Source: Chara braunii
Lineage: Eukaryota; Plantae; Charophyceae
DNA: 64,000 nt
Assembly: GCA_003427395.1 (NCBI GenBank)
Contig: BFEA01000032.1
Span: 1,720,931 to 1,784,930 of the forward strand
Reading direction: 5' to 3'
Shown here one piece after another: positions 1-13,110 of the stretch. Made by a program: the position numbers and the translations under genes. A model generated the notes under the pieces. That model searched no databases, was not told the origin of the DNA, and was given only the letters and a program-made list of their open reading frames with translations. The first letter of the stretch is position 1. Each line of letters opens with the position of its first letter.

Positions 1-782
1 TTTTTTTTTTTTTTATTTATTTATTTATTTATTTATTTATTTTAAGTTAGATTCGTTTTTTTTGGATCCCGGGTAGTCACTTTCATAAGATTCACTTAAT
101 GAATCTGCCTCTGAAACTGGGGAAAATTCAGTGAAAGGAAACATGGACCATCTGTTGCAGTAGCCCCCGTGTTATCTCGATCTCGCTGGGTCTGGTTGCG
201 ATGTGAAGGAGATCGCTAGCAAGAAGAGCGGGCGTAGGGGTAGTGCATGCGCGGTTGACGGGCATGGCAACAGACACAACGCGCGTGAGCAGCTAGTGGT
301 GGTGCGTGCATTTGCATGTGACTATGGCGCGCGCGCAGGCGAAGCAAGGGAGAAGGCGATCTCGCAGGGGTAACGATAGCCGGAAGAAAGTGCGCGCAGA
401 GACAAGACGTGAGAGGGCAGAGATGGACCGCATGAAGGAGTGGGGGAAAGAAGCGCGAGGAAAGTAAGGAGGGAGATGACAACATAGAGTGGGAGAGAAA
501 GGGCGTGGTAGGAAGAACACAGACATGCGCAAAGTTACTAGTAGTAGTGGTAGTAGAAGACGAGGGCGCACAAAGAAGAAGGAGAAGGAGGAGAAGAAGA
601 AGAAGGAGATAGAGAGAAGGGGAGAGGAGTAGCGCGTGCGGGAGTGCTTGCGCGAAAAATCGAAGAAGTGGGGGCAGCGCACGCGAGAAGAGGAGATGGT
701 GAGCGGAGTCGCAGGCGGAGTGGCGCAAGCAGGGAGAAGAAGTAGAAGGAAGGAGAAGAAGTAGAAAGGAGAGAAGAGGAAG

Positions 783-783
<1 letters not shown>

Positions 784-847
<64 letters not shown>
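784..847 (+). repeat. poly(A) run of ~64 nt
   Basis: Read directly from the sequence. Confidence 0.95.
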
Positions 848-850
<3 letters not shown>

Positions 851-880
851 AGAAGGGAAAGGGGTCCACCGCGACGGGGA

Positions 881-1052
881 AGATTGTTGTAATTATTGAT
901 TTTGTAAGCGCGAGTCATCAGCTCGCGCTGATTACGCCCCTGCCCTTTGTACACACCGCCGTCCCTCCTACCGGTTGAATGGTTTGATAAAGTGTCTGGA
1001 TCGCGGTGGTCTCGGCAGTTTGCCGCTGGGGGCGCTGTGGAAAGTTCATTGA
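881..1052 (+). pseudogene. Degenerate 18S rRNA 3'-region fragment (helix 43 to V9/helix 44)
   Basis: GTAAGCGCGAGTCATCAGCTCGCGCTGATTACGCCCCTGCCCTTTGTACACACCGCC-GTC matches the universal SSU 3' motif. It carries substitutions, a 1-nt deletion in CACCGCCCGTC and a ~16-nt deletion before 904. No other rDNA flanks it. Confidence 0.9.
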
Positions 1053-1282
1053 TCACGAAGAAGAAGAAGAAGGAGAGAAGAAGAAGGAAAAGATGAGGGA
1101 AGGAGAGAAAAGAGAAGGGAGAAGAGGATACGTACCATTGCAGTCGGTGATGGCGATGTCCCAGGCAAGGGATCTTGTACTTGAGTCCCGACGTTGACGA
1201 TGACTCGAACGACGACAGAGAGAGAGAGGGCAGGTAAGTCTACGATCGTGCGACTTACCGCACGGTACTCCCGTCGAATAGG

Positions 1283-1319
<37 letters not shown>

Positions 1320-1394
1320 TAATAAATAAATAAATAAATAAGTAAAACCAAATGAATCTACCACTAGAATGTGGAAAGATTCAGTACACTAAAC

Positions 1395-1452
<58 letters not shown>

Positions 1453-1488
1453 AAGAAAGAGAGATGAGAAAGAGAGAGAGAGAGAGAG
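1283..1488. repeat. Microsatellite cluster (AAT)n/(AAAT)n, (GT)n, (GA)n
   Basis: Read directly; further (ATT)n tracts at ~1900-1950 and ~3553-3584. Confidence 0.95.
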
Positions 1489-1900
1489 AATGTGACTTAC
1501 CTGATAGGAATGCCTGCGCCGTCTGCAATCAGAGAGAGAGAAAAGAGAGATGAGGATGGTGATGTGAGGGCACATACCTGGTCTTGGTGATGGTCTACAG
1601 GGTCGACATCTTCATGTACTTCTGTTATTACTGCTGACATCAACAGGATGCATCATTGTCAATTCGTAGGCTGCTAGTAGCTGTGTGATAGTAGTCTGGG
1701 CGCTGAGCATGAAGTAGGAGGAGGGACTCGGGGTACATATGATGGTAATGGCGAGAGTATGCTCTCATAGGCAGCCGGATTCAGTGCTTGGTTCTCTGTT
1801 GGTGGAATATCAGTGCATACTGTTTTCTAAACAGTGACAGACTTCTGGGCTTTCACTGTGAGTTCTTTTTCATCTGAAGTATGTCATTTTTTCCCCCTTA

Positions 1901-1951
<51 letters not shown>

Positions 1952-3550
1952 GTGGTATTACTAGCACTACAGTAGCTTAGGCCCCAACAAGCCTCGTGTC
2001 CGCCCTAAGTGAAGGCGGACCTGCATATCTGCATGAGGCCTATTGTTTTTGTCATTTTTTCGTATGGAGGGTATCAGACAGTTGCAGTATACCCGTTGGT
2101 TACAGATCAAGTGTGAGTCATCCCTGGCTGCTTTCAGAAGCAGCAACTGCATCGAACAGTTGAAACCAGGGCTGATTCGGTTGAGGCCGGGACACATGCA
2201 CTCAGAGGCCGACAAGTCACTTGGTGGTCGCGGACCAATGAGGAAGCAGCTCCGTTGATACACGCATGCCATGAGCCAATGAGATCGTACAACATTAGGA
2301 ACACATCTGGGAGGGAAAAGTGGCCAACTTTACTCACACCACTCTTGCAATCCTTGCAGGCTTTCGATTCAAACCGCTGACGAGAATGACGATAAGACTG
2401 AGGAACTAGTTTGCCACAGCCATAAAACCCATTCTACGCACCCACATAGTCGTGTATGTGTGTGTGTGTGTACGTGTCTGTGTGTGTAATTGTGTGAGAG
2501 AAAGAGAGAAAGGAAGCAGGGTCTTAACAGTCTCTCCATGAGTGATGAAACTTTGACGAAACAATCTGTCATACTCACTGTATAATGTCCTCTTCTCCCT
2601 CTTTGCCTGCGTTTCACTCTGCGGGTTGTTCTCATTTCTCGCCCCCGCAGCCATGATTGGTCCCCGCCGATTCCCCGACACTGCCGTTTTTCTCTATACC
2701 AGGTCGGAAAGATAGCTTGTATATATGCATAAGTGTTTTCGTTACTACTATTTGTTATTATTATGTATATTATTATTATTAATACTATTATTTACTATTA
2801 GCGCTAGTATTATGATTATTATCCAAGATTTCAGCATGCAAGTACGAGAGGGGTGCGCATACACCTCCTGGCCGCTGAATTTCTCGTGTGGTGCACAGAG
2901 TCGAGGAAGAGTCAAACTCATCTTTGTTCATCAACGAAGATCCCGAGGTTTGGTAGGTGGGGTCAGTAGCACGCATGTATGAGTGTGTGTGTATGTGTGT
3001 GTGTGAGAAAGACAGACAGGCCAATCGATAGACAGACGGATACACACACACACACACACACATACAGATAGACCCAGAGACAAACTCAGACAGACACAGG
3101 CAAACAAACAGACACAGAGAGAGAGACAGTGAGATCGGGGAAAAGGAGAATGGGTGAATGGTACTCCTTGGGTGCATGTGGCATCTGTGAATAGGGAATC
3201 GAGGTTGTGAGTGATACGAGAGACATATCTGGTGCTTGAGGCGAACAACATTGGTCGAGGTCTGCTCGTACTTGGGAAACTGTTGACGTCATCAGCGACG
3301 TTGTAGTCTAGTCTAGATAGGATCTGCCATCTGTAATCTGGGCGTCGAGCGCCAGATAGGATATCAACATCTGGTTCTTCGTTGATGATGAAGGGACTAT
3401 TTCAACGTAGTCAATTTTTGAGCTTGTGTTGTGCTCTTATTTGGTGAAACTCGTGATGCAATTCTGCTGTTGGTTCGAGGTCACGACTATTTGGTCTTGT
3501 GTATATGATGTTCTTTGATTGTTGAAGTTCACTATTGCTCATCTTCCTTA

Positions 3551-3586
<36 letters not shown>

Positions 3587-3699
3587 TCTTACCTGCTTCG
3601 CTAATTACCGTCTACAAAGGCGGAGACTGACGGGATGTGAGATGCATCTGCTGTCGGCATCATGAGGTTGAACCCCGACAGTATGCTAGAAAACAGAGA

Positions 3700-5270
3700 A
3701 CTGATGAACTGGCAGACACGGACAGACACAATCAAAACCGACAGGGGGAGATATAGACAAACACATACAAAGCAAACGAAGACAGACAAACAGACAGACG
3801 GATGAACTGCAACACACAGACATAGTGAAACTGTGAAACACACAGTCCACAGTGAAACACAGTGCACAATGACACATGGTGCACAGTGAAAACACAAACG
3901 CAGTGGCATACACAGACACGGTGACAGGCAGTGCACTATGACACAGATACACAGTCACAGTGACACAGACGCGCTAAGACAGTCACACAGTCACAGTGCC
4001 ACAGATACACAGTGACGGACACAGTCACGGTGACAGACACAGTGGATACACAGACACTGTGACAAACACACAGATACTGTGACGCACACAGACATACAGT
4101 GACACTGTGACTCACAGTGAACCGCGCAGAGACAGAGTTACACAGTGCACCGTGACACAGATGTATGGGGCACAATGTTACACACATATACATAGTCACG
4201 CAAAATACAGTCACTGTGACACGCACATTGAAACAGACATTGTGAAATACACACAGGCACATTGACACATACGCAGTGACGCATACAGACACGGTGACAT
4301 GCAGTAAAACCACATACGTAGTGAAAACACAGTCACGCCGTGACAGTCACACACACAGAGATGGCGTGACACACGTAGTGACATACGTACAGACAGTGTG
4401 ATACGCACATGTGCACAGTGATGCGCTGATACACAGTGACTAACACACATGCACAGTGAAACGCTGTGAGCCTGTGACACACACAACACTGTGACATACA
4501 CAGTGACACAGACTGTGACATACACAAAGACACAGACTATGATATACACAGTGACACAGACTCACTCTCACATACACAGTAACACATATATACAGTCACA
4601 CACATGCACAGGGTCACACACAGACGTTGTGTCACATACAGTGTGACACAGATATGCAGTCACACAGATACAACATGATAGAGATACAGTTACGTGTGAT
4701 ACAGATACATAGTCACAAAGATACACGGTGACACGAATACACAGCGATGCAGGGTGATACACTCAGACACACGGTCCCACTGTGGTACACAGTCACGCTG
4801 CGACGCACAGTCACACATTGGCACACAACCACAAAGTGACACTCATACATACAAACACATAGATACTGTGACAGTCACATAGTGGCACGGACACACGGTG
4901 AAGACATACTTTGACGCAGACTGATACATCGTGACACACTGACTTAGTGTCACATATACAGTGACACACATGCACCGTACACAGTGAAAACGCACGGTCA
5001 CGGTGTGACACACACAGATACACACCTAGAGGGAAACAAGTGACACACATACACAGTGAAAACACTGTGACACACACACAGACTTAGTGTCACATACACT
5101 GTGACGCAAATACACAGGGTCACACACACAGACTCAGTGTCACATACACTGTGACGCAGATGTGCAGTCACACAGTCTCATACACACAGTTACACGGTGA
5201 CACACAAGTGCACAGTGACGCACACAGACACTGTGACAATCACACAAACGCAACAAACACAGTGACACTG
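3700..5270. repeat. Cryptic CA-rich low-complexity tract (CACAGTGACAC-like motifs)
   Basis: Degenerate reiteration of ACACAG/GTGACAC over 1.5 kb. Confidence 0.9.
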
Positions 5271-5760
5271 AGAGTCGGGGGTTCTTCAGGGCTAAACTTG
5301 AGGACGAAAAACAGACAATAATGCTTGAGTAAAGGAATAAAAGCATGATCTAACGAGGTGTATCTAACTGTTGTTGCAAAACGTAGCGAGAACGAGAAGT
5401 GTCAAGTCATTGTCTCGCTACGTGAATGTTTCTTTTGGGATGTGATGGCCAAGGGGATGGACTTCTGGCAGTCTTCCCTCGCTTATAAGTCACCTGACCG
5501 TGAGATAAGAGAGGGGGATCATAAGTGTATTGCCGAACTTATGAATGATATGATCAGATATTGAGATGATGGATTGCCTCAACAAACCTTTAGCCTATGA
5601 CTGACCTATGCTACGTATTCTCAAAAGTCCAAACTAACCCAACCAAGGGTGAGGCGGTCAATTTTAAGACATGAGGTACAAGTCTCGTATGACCTACCTG
5701 CATTGTCTTAAAGGCTTCCGGACGGTGTAGGACTTAGAGTGAGCGTCAAGGATAATAATA

Positions 5761-6450
5761 AGATTAGTGTGGTAAGAGGAGCGAGGCTCCGAGAAGCCTG
5801 CCTTACCACTATAGTAACTAAGATTAGTGTGGTAAGAGGAGCGAGGTTTCGAGAAGCCTGCCTTATCACTATAGTAAGATAAGTGTGGTAAGAGGAGCGA
5901 GGCTCCGAGAAGCCTGCCTTACCACTATAGTAACTAAGATTAGTGTGGTAAGAGGAGCGAGGCTCCAAGAAGCCTGCCTTACCACTATAGTAACTAAGAT
6001 TAGTATGGTAAGAGGAGCGAGGCTCCGAGAAGCGCAACTAAGATTAGTGTGGTAGAGAGGCGAGGCTCCGAGAAGCCTGCCTTACCACTATAGTAATTAA
6101 GACTAAGGTGATAAGAGTGAGCGAGGCTCCAAGAAGTCTGCCTTATTACCATAATAATAATAACTAGGTGATAAGAGTGAGCGAGGCTCCGAGAAGTCTG
6201 CCTTATCACCATAATAATAATAACTAGGTGATAAGAGTGAGCGAGACTCCGAGAAGTCTGTCTTATCACCATAATAATAATAACTAGGTGATAATGGTGA
6301 GCGAGGCTCCGAGAAGCCTGCCTTATCACCATAATAATAATAACTAGGTGATAAGAGTGAGCAAGGCTCCGAGAAGCCTGCCTTATCACCATAATAATAA
6401 TAACTAGGTGATAAGAGTGATTGAGGCTCCGAGAAGCCTGCCTTATTACC
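5761..6450 (+). repeat. 60-bp tandem array (~12 units, two subtypes); each unit is an imperfect hairpin
   Basis: Type 1 is GTGGTAAG-AGGAGCG-AGGCT-CCGAGA-AGCCT-GC-CTTACCAC. Type 2 is GGTGATAAG-...-CTTATCACC. Confidence 0.95.
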
Positions 6451-8268
6451 TCCTGACCTTGATCTAATGAAGGAAAGTGAATAGGAAGAGCAAGACCCTC
6501 GATGCCTTCCCTATCTCAAACAGACGCCAGTGAAGATCAGTAGATCCCGAGTGGTCTACTATACTGTTACTAACCTTCTCGATAGACAGGAAACAATGAA
6601 AACCCTGAAAAGAGATCGATCCATTACTGACAGACCGCTTCCTGATTCTGCTAAGGTGGAGGAAGAAGGAATGTGGCCCCGTGTGACCCGTCCTGCTACC
6701 TTAACCACTTGATTGATGACAATCTTATGATTCTATTCCAGATAAGATTGATGATGTTTTGTCTGTGCATGTCTTAAGTGGGGAATCGTGTGTTAAGGTA
6801 GAAAATATTAGTGATGTTAGCTTTATACTTCTCTCCCTTCAGACGACTATCCCTAGAAGTTGATCTGATAGGAGGTTAGAGAGGCTGCCTATAGGGAGTT
6901 ATATCGATGTAATATTATTCCGACTAAAATGAAGTTCACTATATTGAACTTCAGATAGGGTCATGTCGATGGCAAAGAGGTGTTGAGACAGTGTTGGTCT
7001 GTGTGTGATTGCAGGTCATCCTGATCAAAGAGACTCATTATGAGTCTATACAAGACTACATGATGTTGCCTTATGGTAACAGGTTGGTTAGCCAACGCAA
7101 CCCTCACTCACCCTCGACACCCCACACTTTGTATCAACCTTTGCACTAAATGACATTTTTGTTTCGGGTCATTGTTTAAAAGGTCTGTGTTTGGTCAAAA
7201 GAGGTTCTTGAATGACTAAGTCGAAAGGGGAATGTCTGGTTAAAAGGTTTGGAAGCATAAGTGTGATGTGTGTGAAAGTGAATGAATGGTTGACTCTGCT
7301 AGGATTGTGTAATGTGATTGACTTTGTCTGCAGGTCAGTAATACGACCAGCCACATGCTATTCACGACAACACACTGAGAAACTTATGTTACCGTGAACC
7401 TTGATCCACACATCTTGTCAGTGCGCGATTGGTTTGAGTACCCAACCTTATGCCTTTCCTTGATGTCAGGAAGATTAAGGTTATTGCTAAGGCTATGAGC
7501 CTTATTCAGTTCCTGATCATTTCATCTGTTCATGTTTCAAAGGTCAAAGACCTATGTTTTTCCCTTGATGAATTCGGACTGTTTATGTAAATGTGTTATG
7601 TATATGTGACATCTCCTTGCCTAATTACTCAACCTTATCTCACTTCACATGTATGTATGCTATGGTTAAAAGTTTTTTATAGAGAGATATATTGAATGGA
7701 TTTAATCACTAGGTACGATAGGGTATATAACTTAAAATCGATCCCTGATAATTCGAAGTATTGAGGGGATCATGCTTTAGAAAAAGGAGCTAGGTAATGA
7801 GTCATACCTGATGAAATTGTTTATAGGCAAAGCGTAGTATGCGCGAACGTTCGTCAGCCGAGTCGACCTGATTTGTAAGTCGGTCCGGGAGATTAGCGCC
7901 CCGATGCCCGACGCGTATACGGGTCAGTCTTAGGCGTTCAACCCCCTATATGCCTATGCTACGGCGATCGAGCAAACTCCCTCGGCTAGCTTACCTCTGC
8001 GATTGCAAGTAAAAGCCTTCGCATGTGAGTCAGTAGCTCAGCAAGGATACGCCCACCTAAGGGACGGTGACAACCCCCGCAGGTGGAGCTGAGTTGTACG
8101 TTGCGTAATCTCTAACCTGTCGTAGAGAACTGCGAGAGGTATAGCCCGCACGCACGGTCGGAGTTGGTCTTTTCGCTAAAACGGTTCTAAAACTCCTGCG
8201 TGATACGACCATGAGGTTCAACACGAAAAATTACTTTACATCTGGGTGTGGGACCGCCGCGCGCGACA

Positions 8269-10740
8269 ACGTGAAGTGGTGAAGATAGTGAATACCCTGA
8301 AACGACCCCTCCCAATCTGTGATGAAAGATATGAAATATGTGAAGTGGTGAAAATAGTGAACACCATGAAACAAACCCCCTCCCCTATCTGCTTGTCACT
8401 CAAACCTCTGATAAAATTTGTGAAATACGTGAAGTGGTGAAGACAGTAAACAACCTGAAATGACCCTTCCCCCTTCCCCGGTTTGCCAGTTCAACGTGTG
8501 ATGAAAAACGTGAAATACGTGAAATACGTGAAGTGGTGAAGATAATGAACACCCTTAAACAACCCCCCCCTACCTGTGATGAAAGATGTGAAATATGTGA
8601 AGTGCTGAAGATAGTGAACACCCTGAAACGACTCCCCCCCCCACCGGCTTGCCACTTAAGCCTCTGATGAAAAACGTGAAATACGTGAAGTGGTGAGAAC
8701 CATGAACACCCTGAAACGACCCACCCCCCTTCCCCGGTTTGTCACTTCAACGTGTGATGAAAAATGTGAAATACATGAAGTAGTGAAGATAGTGAATATC
8801 CTTAAACGATCCCCCCCCAACCTGTGATGAAAAATGTGAAATATGTGAAGTGGTGAAGATAGTGAACACCCTGAAACGACCCCCCTCCCCCCACGCACAC
8901 CGGTTTGCCACTTCAACCTGTTACGCAAAACATGAAATACGTGAAGTGGTGAAGACAGTGAACACCCTGAAACAACCCCCCCCTTTACCCGGCTTGCCAC
9001 TTCAACGTGTGATGAAAAACGTGAAATACATGAAGTGGTGAAAATAGTGGATACCTTGAAACGACCCCCCCCAACCTGTGATGAAAGATGTAAAATATTT
9101 GAAGTGGTGAAGATAATGAACACCCTGAAACGACCCCCCCCCATTTACCGGCTTGCCACTCAAACCTCTGATGAAAAACGTGAAATACGTGAAGTGGTGA
9201 AGACATTGAACAGCCTGAAACGACCTCCCCCCTTCCCCGACTTGCCACTTCCGCGTGTGATGAAAAACGTCAAATACGTGAAGTGGTGAAGATAGTGAAT
9301 ACCTGAAACGATGTCTCCCAACCTGTAATGAAACATGTAAAATATGTGAAGTGGTGAAGATAGTGAACACCCTGAAACGACCCCCCTCCCCGGCTTGCCA
9401 CTCTAACCTCTAATGAAATACGTAAAGTACGTGAAGTGGGGAAGAGAGTGAACACCCTGAAACGACCCCCCCCTCTTCTCCGGCTTGCCACTTCAACGTG
9501 TGATGAAAAACGTGAAATACGTGAAGTGGTGAAGATAGTGAATACCCTGAAACGACCCCCCCCAACCTGTAATGAAAAATATGAAATATGTGAAGTGGTG
9601 AAGATAGTGAACACCCTGAAACGACCCCCCTCCCCCACCGGCTTGCCACTCAAACCTTTTGTGCAAAACGGGATATACGTGAAGTGGTGAAGACACTGAA
9701 CACCCTGAAACGAACCCCCCCCCTTTCCTCGCCTTGCCATTTCAACTTGTGATGAGAAACCTGAAATACGTGAAGTGGTGAAAATAGTGAATACCCTAAA
9801 ACGACCCCCCCCCAACCTGTGATGAAAGATGTGAAATTTGTGAAGTGGTGAAGATAATGAACACTCTGAAATGACCCCCCTCCCCCATCGGCTTGCCACT
9901 CAAACCTCCGATAAAAAATGTGAAATATGTGAAGTGGTGAAGATAGTGAACAACATGAAACGACCCCCCCCCCCTTCCCCAGCTTGCCACTTCAACGTGT
10001 GATGAAAAACGTGAAATACGTGAAGTGGTGAAGATAGTGAATACCCTGAAACGACCCCCCCAACCTGTGATGAAAGATGTGAAATATGTGAAGTGGTGAA
10101 GATAGTGAACAACCTTAAACGACCCCCCCCCCCGCACTGGCTTGGCACTCCAACCAGTTATGGAAAACGTGCAATACGTGAAGTGGTGAAGAAAGTGAAC
10201 ACCCTGAAACGACTCCCCTCCTTTCCCCGGCTTTCCACATCAATGTGTGATGAAAAACCTGAAATACGTGAAGTGGTGAAGATAGTTAATACCCTGAAAC
10301 GACCCCCCCCTAACCTGTGATGAAAGATGTTAAATATGTCAAGTGGTGAAGATAGAAAACACCTTGAAACGACCCTCCCCCCCTACCGGCTTGCCACTCA
10401 AACCTCTGATGAAAAACGTGAAATACGTGAAGTTGTGAAAATAGTGAACATCCTGAAACGACCTCCCCTCTTCCCTGGCTTGTCACTTCAACGTGTGATG
10501 AAAAAGTGAGGTGGTGAAGACAGTAAATACTCTGAAAAGACCCCCCCCAACATGTGATGAAAGATGTGCAGTATGTGAAGCAGTGAAGATAGTGAAGCGA
10601 TGAAGATAGTGAACACCCTGCAAAGACTCCCCCCCCCCTCCCACTGGCTTGCTAATCAAACCTCTGATGAAAAACATAAAATATGTGAAGTGGTGAACAT
10701 ATTGAACACACTGAAACGTACCCCCCCCCCCCCCCCCCCT
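8269..10740. repeat. Satellite with ~250-bp higher-order repeat of three ~76-88-bp subunits (~10 HORs)
   Basis: Every subunit has the core GTGAAGTGGTGAAGATAGTGAACACCCTGAAACGACCCC. The ACCTGTGATGAAAG subunit recurs at ~8316, 8572, 8821, 9074, 9321, 9565, 9815, 10063, 10313 and 10551. Confidence 0.92.
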
Positions 10741-10899
10741 TTCCACTGCTTTTCCTACAGTAAAGGATGGTAGGTGTTCACCTTGAAACTTTTTAAAATC
10801 GTGATGAAAAGATGTCCTTGAAGTGAGTAAGAGCTTAATTGCTAATAGAGAACTGCTAGTAAAATGGAGGTATGATGAAAAAAAAAAAGTGTCGTTAAC

Positions 10900-13110
10900 A
10901 TACTCTCACTTGGTAGTGAATCTCAACTTTGGTTTGTGCGGATTGTAGTGTTTTGGATGATATTTCACTGTTGTTTTGTCCATTGTTCCACTTCCATGTA
11001 AATCATCACTTTTCATTTTGTGATTTCATGCATGAGAGTGATTTCACTTACTCTCCCGTCACTTTCTCTCTATTTCTTCATCTGGTAAACTCACTCTCCC
11101 TGCACTTTCTCTCAATTTCTTCACTCGGTAGTAAATTACAACTTTGGTTTGTGCTCATTCTAGTGTTTTGGATGATATTTTACTCCTGTTTTTTTTATTC
11201 CATCACTTCCATGTAAATCGTCACTTTCCATTTTGTGATTCCATGCATGAAACTCACTCTCCCTACACTTTCTCTCAATTTCTTCACTTGGTAGTAAATC
11301 GCAACTTTGGTTTGTGCTCATTCTAGTGTTTTGGATGATCCTTCACTCTTATTTTGTCCATTCCTTCACTCCTATGTGAATTGTCACTTTCCATTCTGTG
11401 ATTTCATGCATGAGAGTGAGTTTCACTCACTTTCCCTTCACTTTGTCTTCATTTTTTCACTAGGTAGTAAATCGCACATGTCGTTCGTGCTCATTCTAGT
11501 GTTGTGGATGATCTTTCACTTTTGTTTTGTTCATTCCTTCACTCCCAGGTAAATCACCAGTTTTCATTTTGTGATTTCATGCATGAAACTCACTCTCCCT
11601 ACACTTTCTCTTCATTTCTTCACTTTGTAGTAATCGCAACTTTGGTTTGCGCTCATTCGAGTATTTTGGATGATCCTTTACTCTTGTTTTGTCCATTCCT
11701 TCACTCCTATGTGAATTGTCACTTTCCATTCTGTGATTTCATGCATGAGAGTGAGTTTCATTCACTCTTCCTTCATTTTCTCTCAATTCATTCACTTAGT
11801 AGTAAATCGCAGTTTTGGTTTGTGCCCATTTTAAGTGTTTGGATAATCTTGCACTCATGCCTTATCAATTCCTTGCACTTGGTGGTAGTACGATTCATCC
11901 TTGGTTGTTCCACCAGTGTAATGTCTATGTTATCCCTTGTCAAACTCATGCTTTGTCAATTTCTTGCACTTAATGACAGTCCGATTCTTCCGTAGTTGTT
12001 CAACTTGTGATATGCACGAATTTTTCCTTATCACACTCATGTTTTGTCCATTCCTTGTACTTGGTGGTAGTCCGGTCATCCTTGATTATTCCACTAGTCT
12101 TATGCATGTGTTTTCCCTTGTCATACTCATGCTCTGTCCATTCCTTGCACTTAGTGACAGTCCGATTCTTCCCTAGTTGTTCAACTTGTGCATGAGTTTT
12201 TCATAATCACACTCATATTTTTGTCAATTCCTTGCACTTGGTGGTAGTCTGATTCATCCTTATTTGTTCCACTAGTTTTAGGCATGTGTTTTTACTTCTC
12301 ACACTCATGCTTTGTTCATTCCTTGCACTTGGTGATATTGTGATTCCTCCCTAACTGTTAACTTGTGATATGCATGTGTTTTTCATTGTCACACTCATGC
12401 TTTATCCATTCCTTGCACTTGATGATATTCTGATTCTTCCCTAGTTGTTCAACTTGTGTGGAGCATTTGTTTTCCCTTATCATACTCATGCTTTGTTCAT
12501 TCCTTGCACTCGGTGATAGTCCGATTCCTCCCTAACTGTTCAAGATGTGAAATGTGTGTGTTTTCCCTTATCACACTCCTGCTCTATCTGTCTCATGCAC
12601 TTGGTGATAGTCTGATTCTTCCTAGGTTGTTCAATTTGTGACATGCATATGTTTTCCCTTGTCACACTCATGCTTTATCTATTCCTTGCACTTGGTGATA
12701 GTCCGATTCTTTCCAAGCTCGTCAACTTATGATATGCATGTGTTTTCCCTTGTCGCACTCGTGCTTTCTCCATTCCTTGCACTTAGTGATAGTATGATTC
12801 TTCCTTAACTGTTCAACTTGTGATATGCATCTATTTTCCCTTGTCACACTCGTGTTTTGTCCGTTCCTTGCACTTGGTGATAATCCGATTTTTCCCTAGC
12901 TATTCAACTTGTGTGGAACATGTGTTTTCTTTGTCAGTCTCATGTGTTTTCTTTGTCAGTCTCATGCTTTTCTCATTCCTTGCACTTGGTGATAGTTTGA
13001 TTCCTCCCTAGCTGTTCAACCTGTGAAACGCATGTGTTTTCCCTCGTCACTCTCCTTTGTTTGTCTCTTGCATCTAGTGATAGTCCAATTATTCTCTAGT
13101 TAATCAACTT
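10900..13110. repeat. T-rich satellite inside the LTR: longer units at 10900-11850 grading into 90-bp units
   Basis: CTCATG anchor at 12036, 12126, 12304, 12394 and 12485; second copy at 22118-23990. Confidence 0.9.

Larger units (their letters stand above)
1..8268 (+). mobile_element. Terminal non-coding part (LTR-like) of a giant Gypsy-related element (element 1); left boundary outside the window or uncertain
   Basis: Ends in ...GCGCGACA at 8268. The reverse complement TGTCGCGCGCGGCGGTCCCACACC matches the element 3 terminus TGTCGAGCGCATCGGTCCGACACC (27205/40057). 7900-8210 aligns by eye with 40110-40410. It abuts the satellite at 8269. Whether 1-5300 belongs to the same element is not shown. 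Confidence 0.55.

Noticed and set aside
8145-8165. Group II intron domain V-like CGCACGCACGGTCGGAG
   Set aside because: There is no complementary AGC-triad 5' half, and the motif is not conserved in the 40.2-kb homologue.
8660-8700. Hammerhead ribozyme (CTGATGA...GAA) in satellite units
   Set aside because: Stem II is not closed properly, the motif is followed by GAAG rather than GAAA, and stems I and III are absent.
216-13110. Numerous ORFs in microsatellite and satellite DNA
   Set aside because: Low-complexity translations with no recognisable domain motifs.
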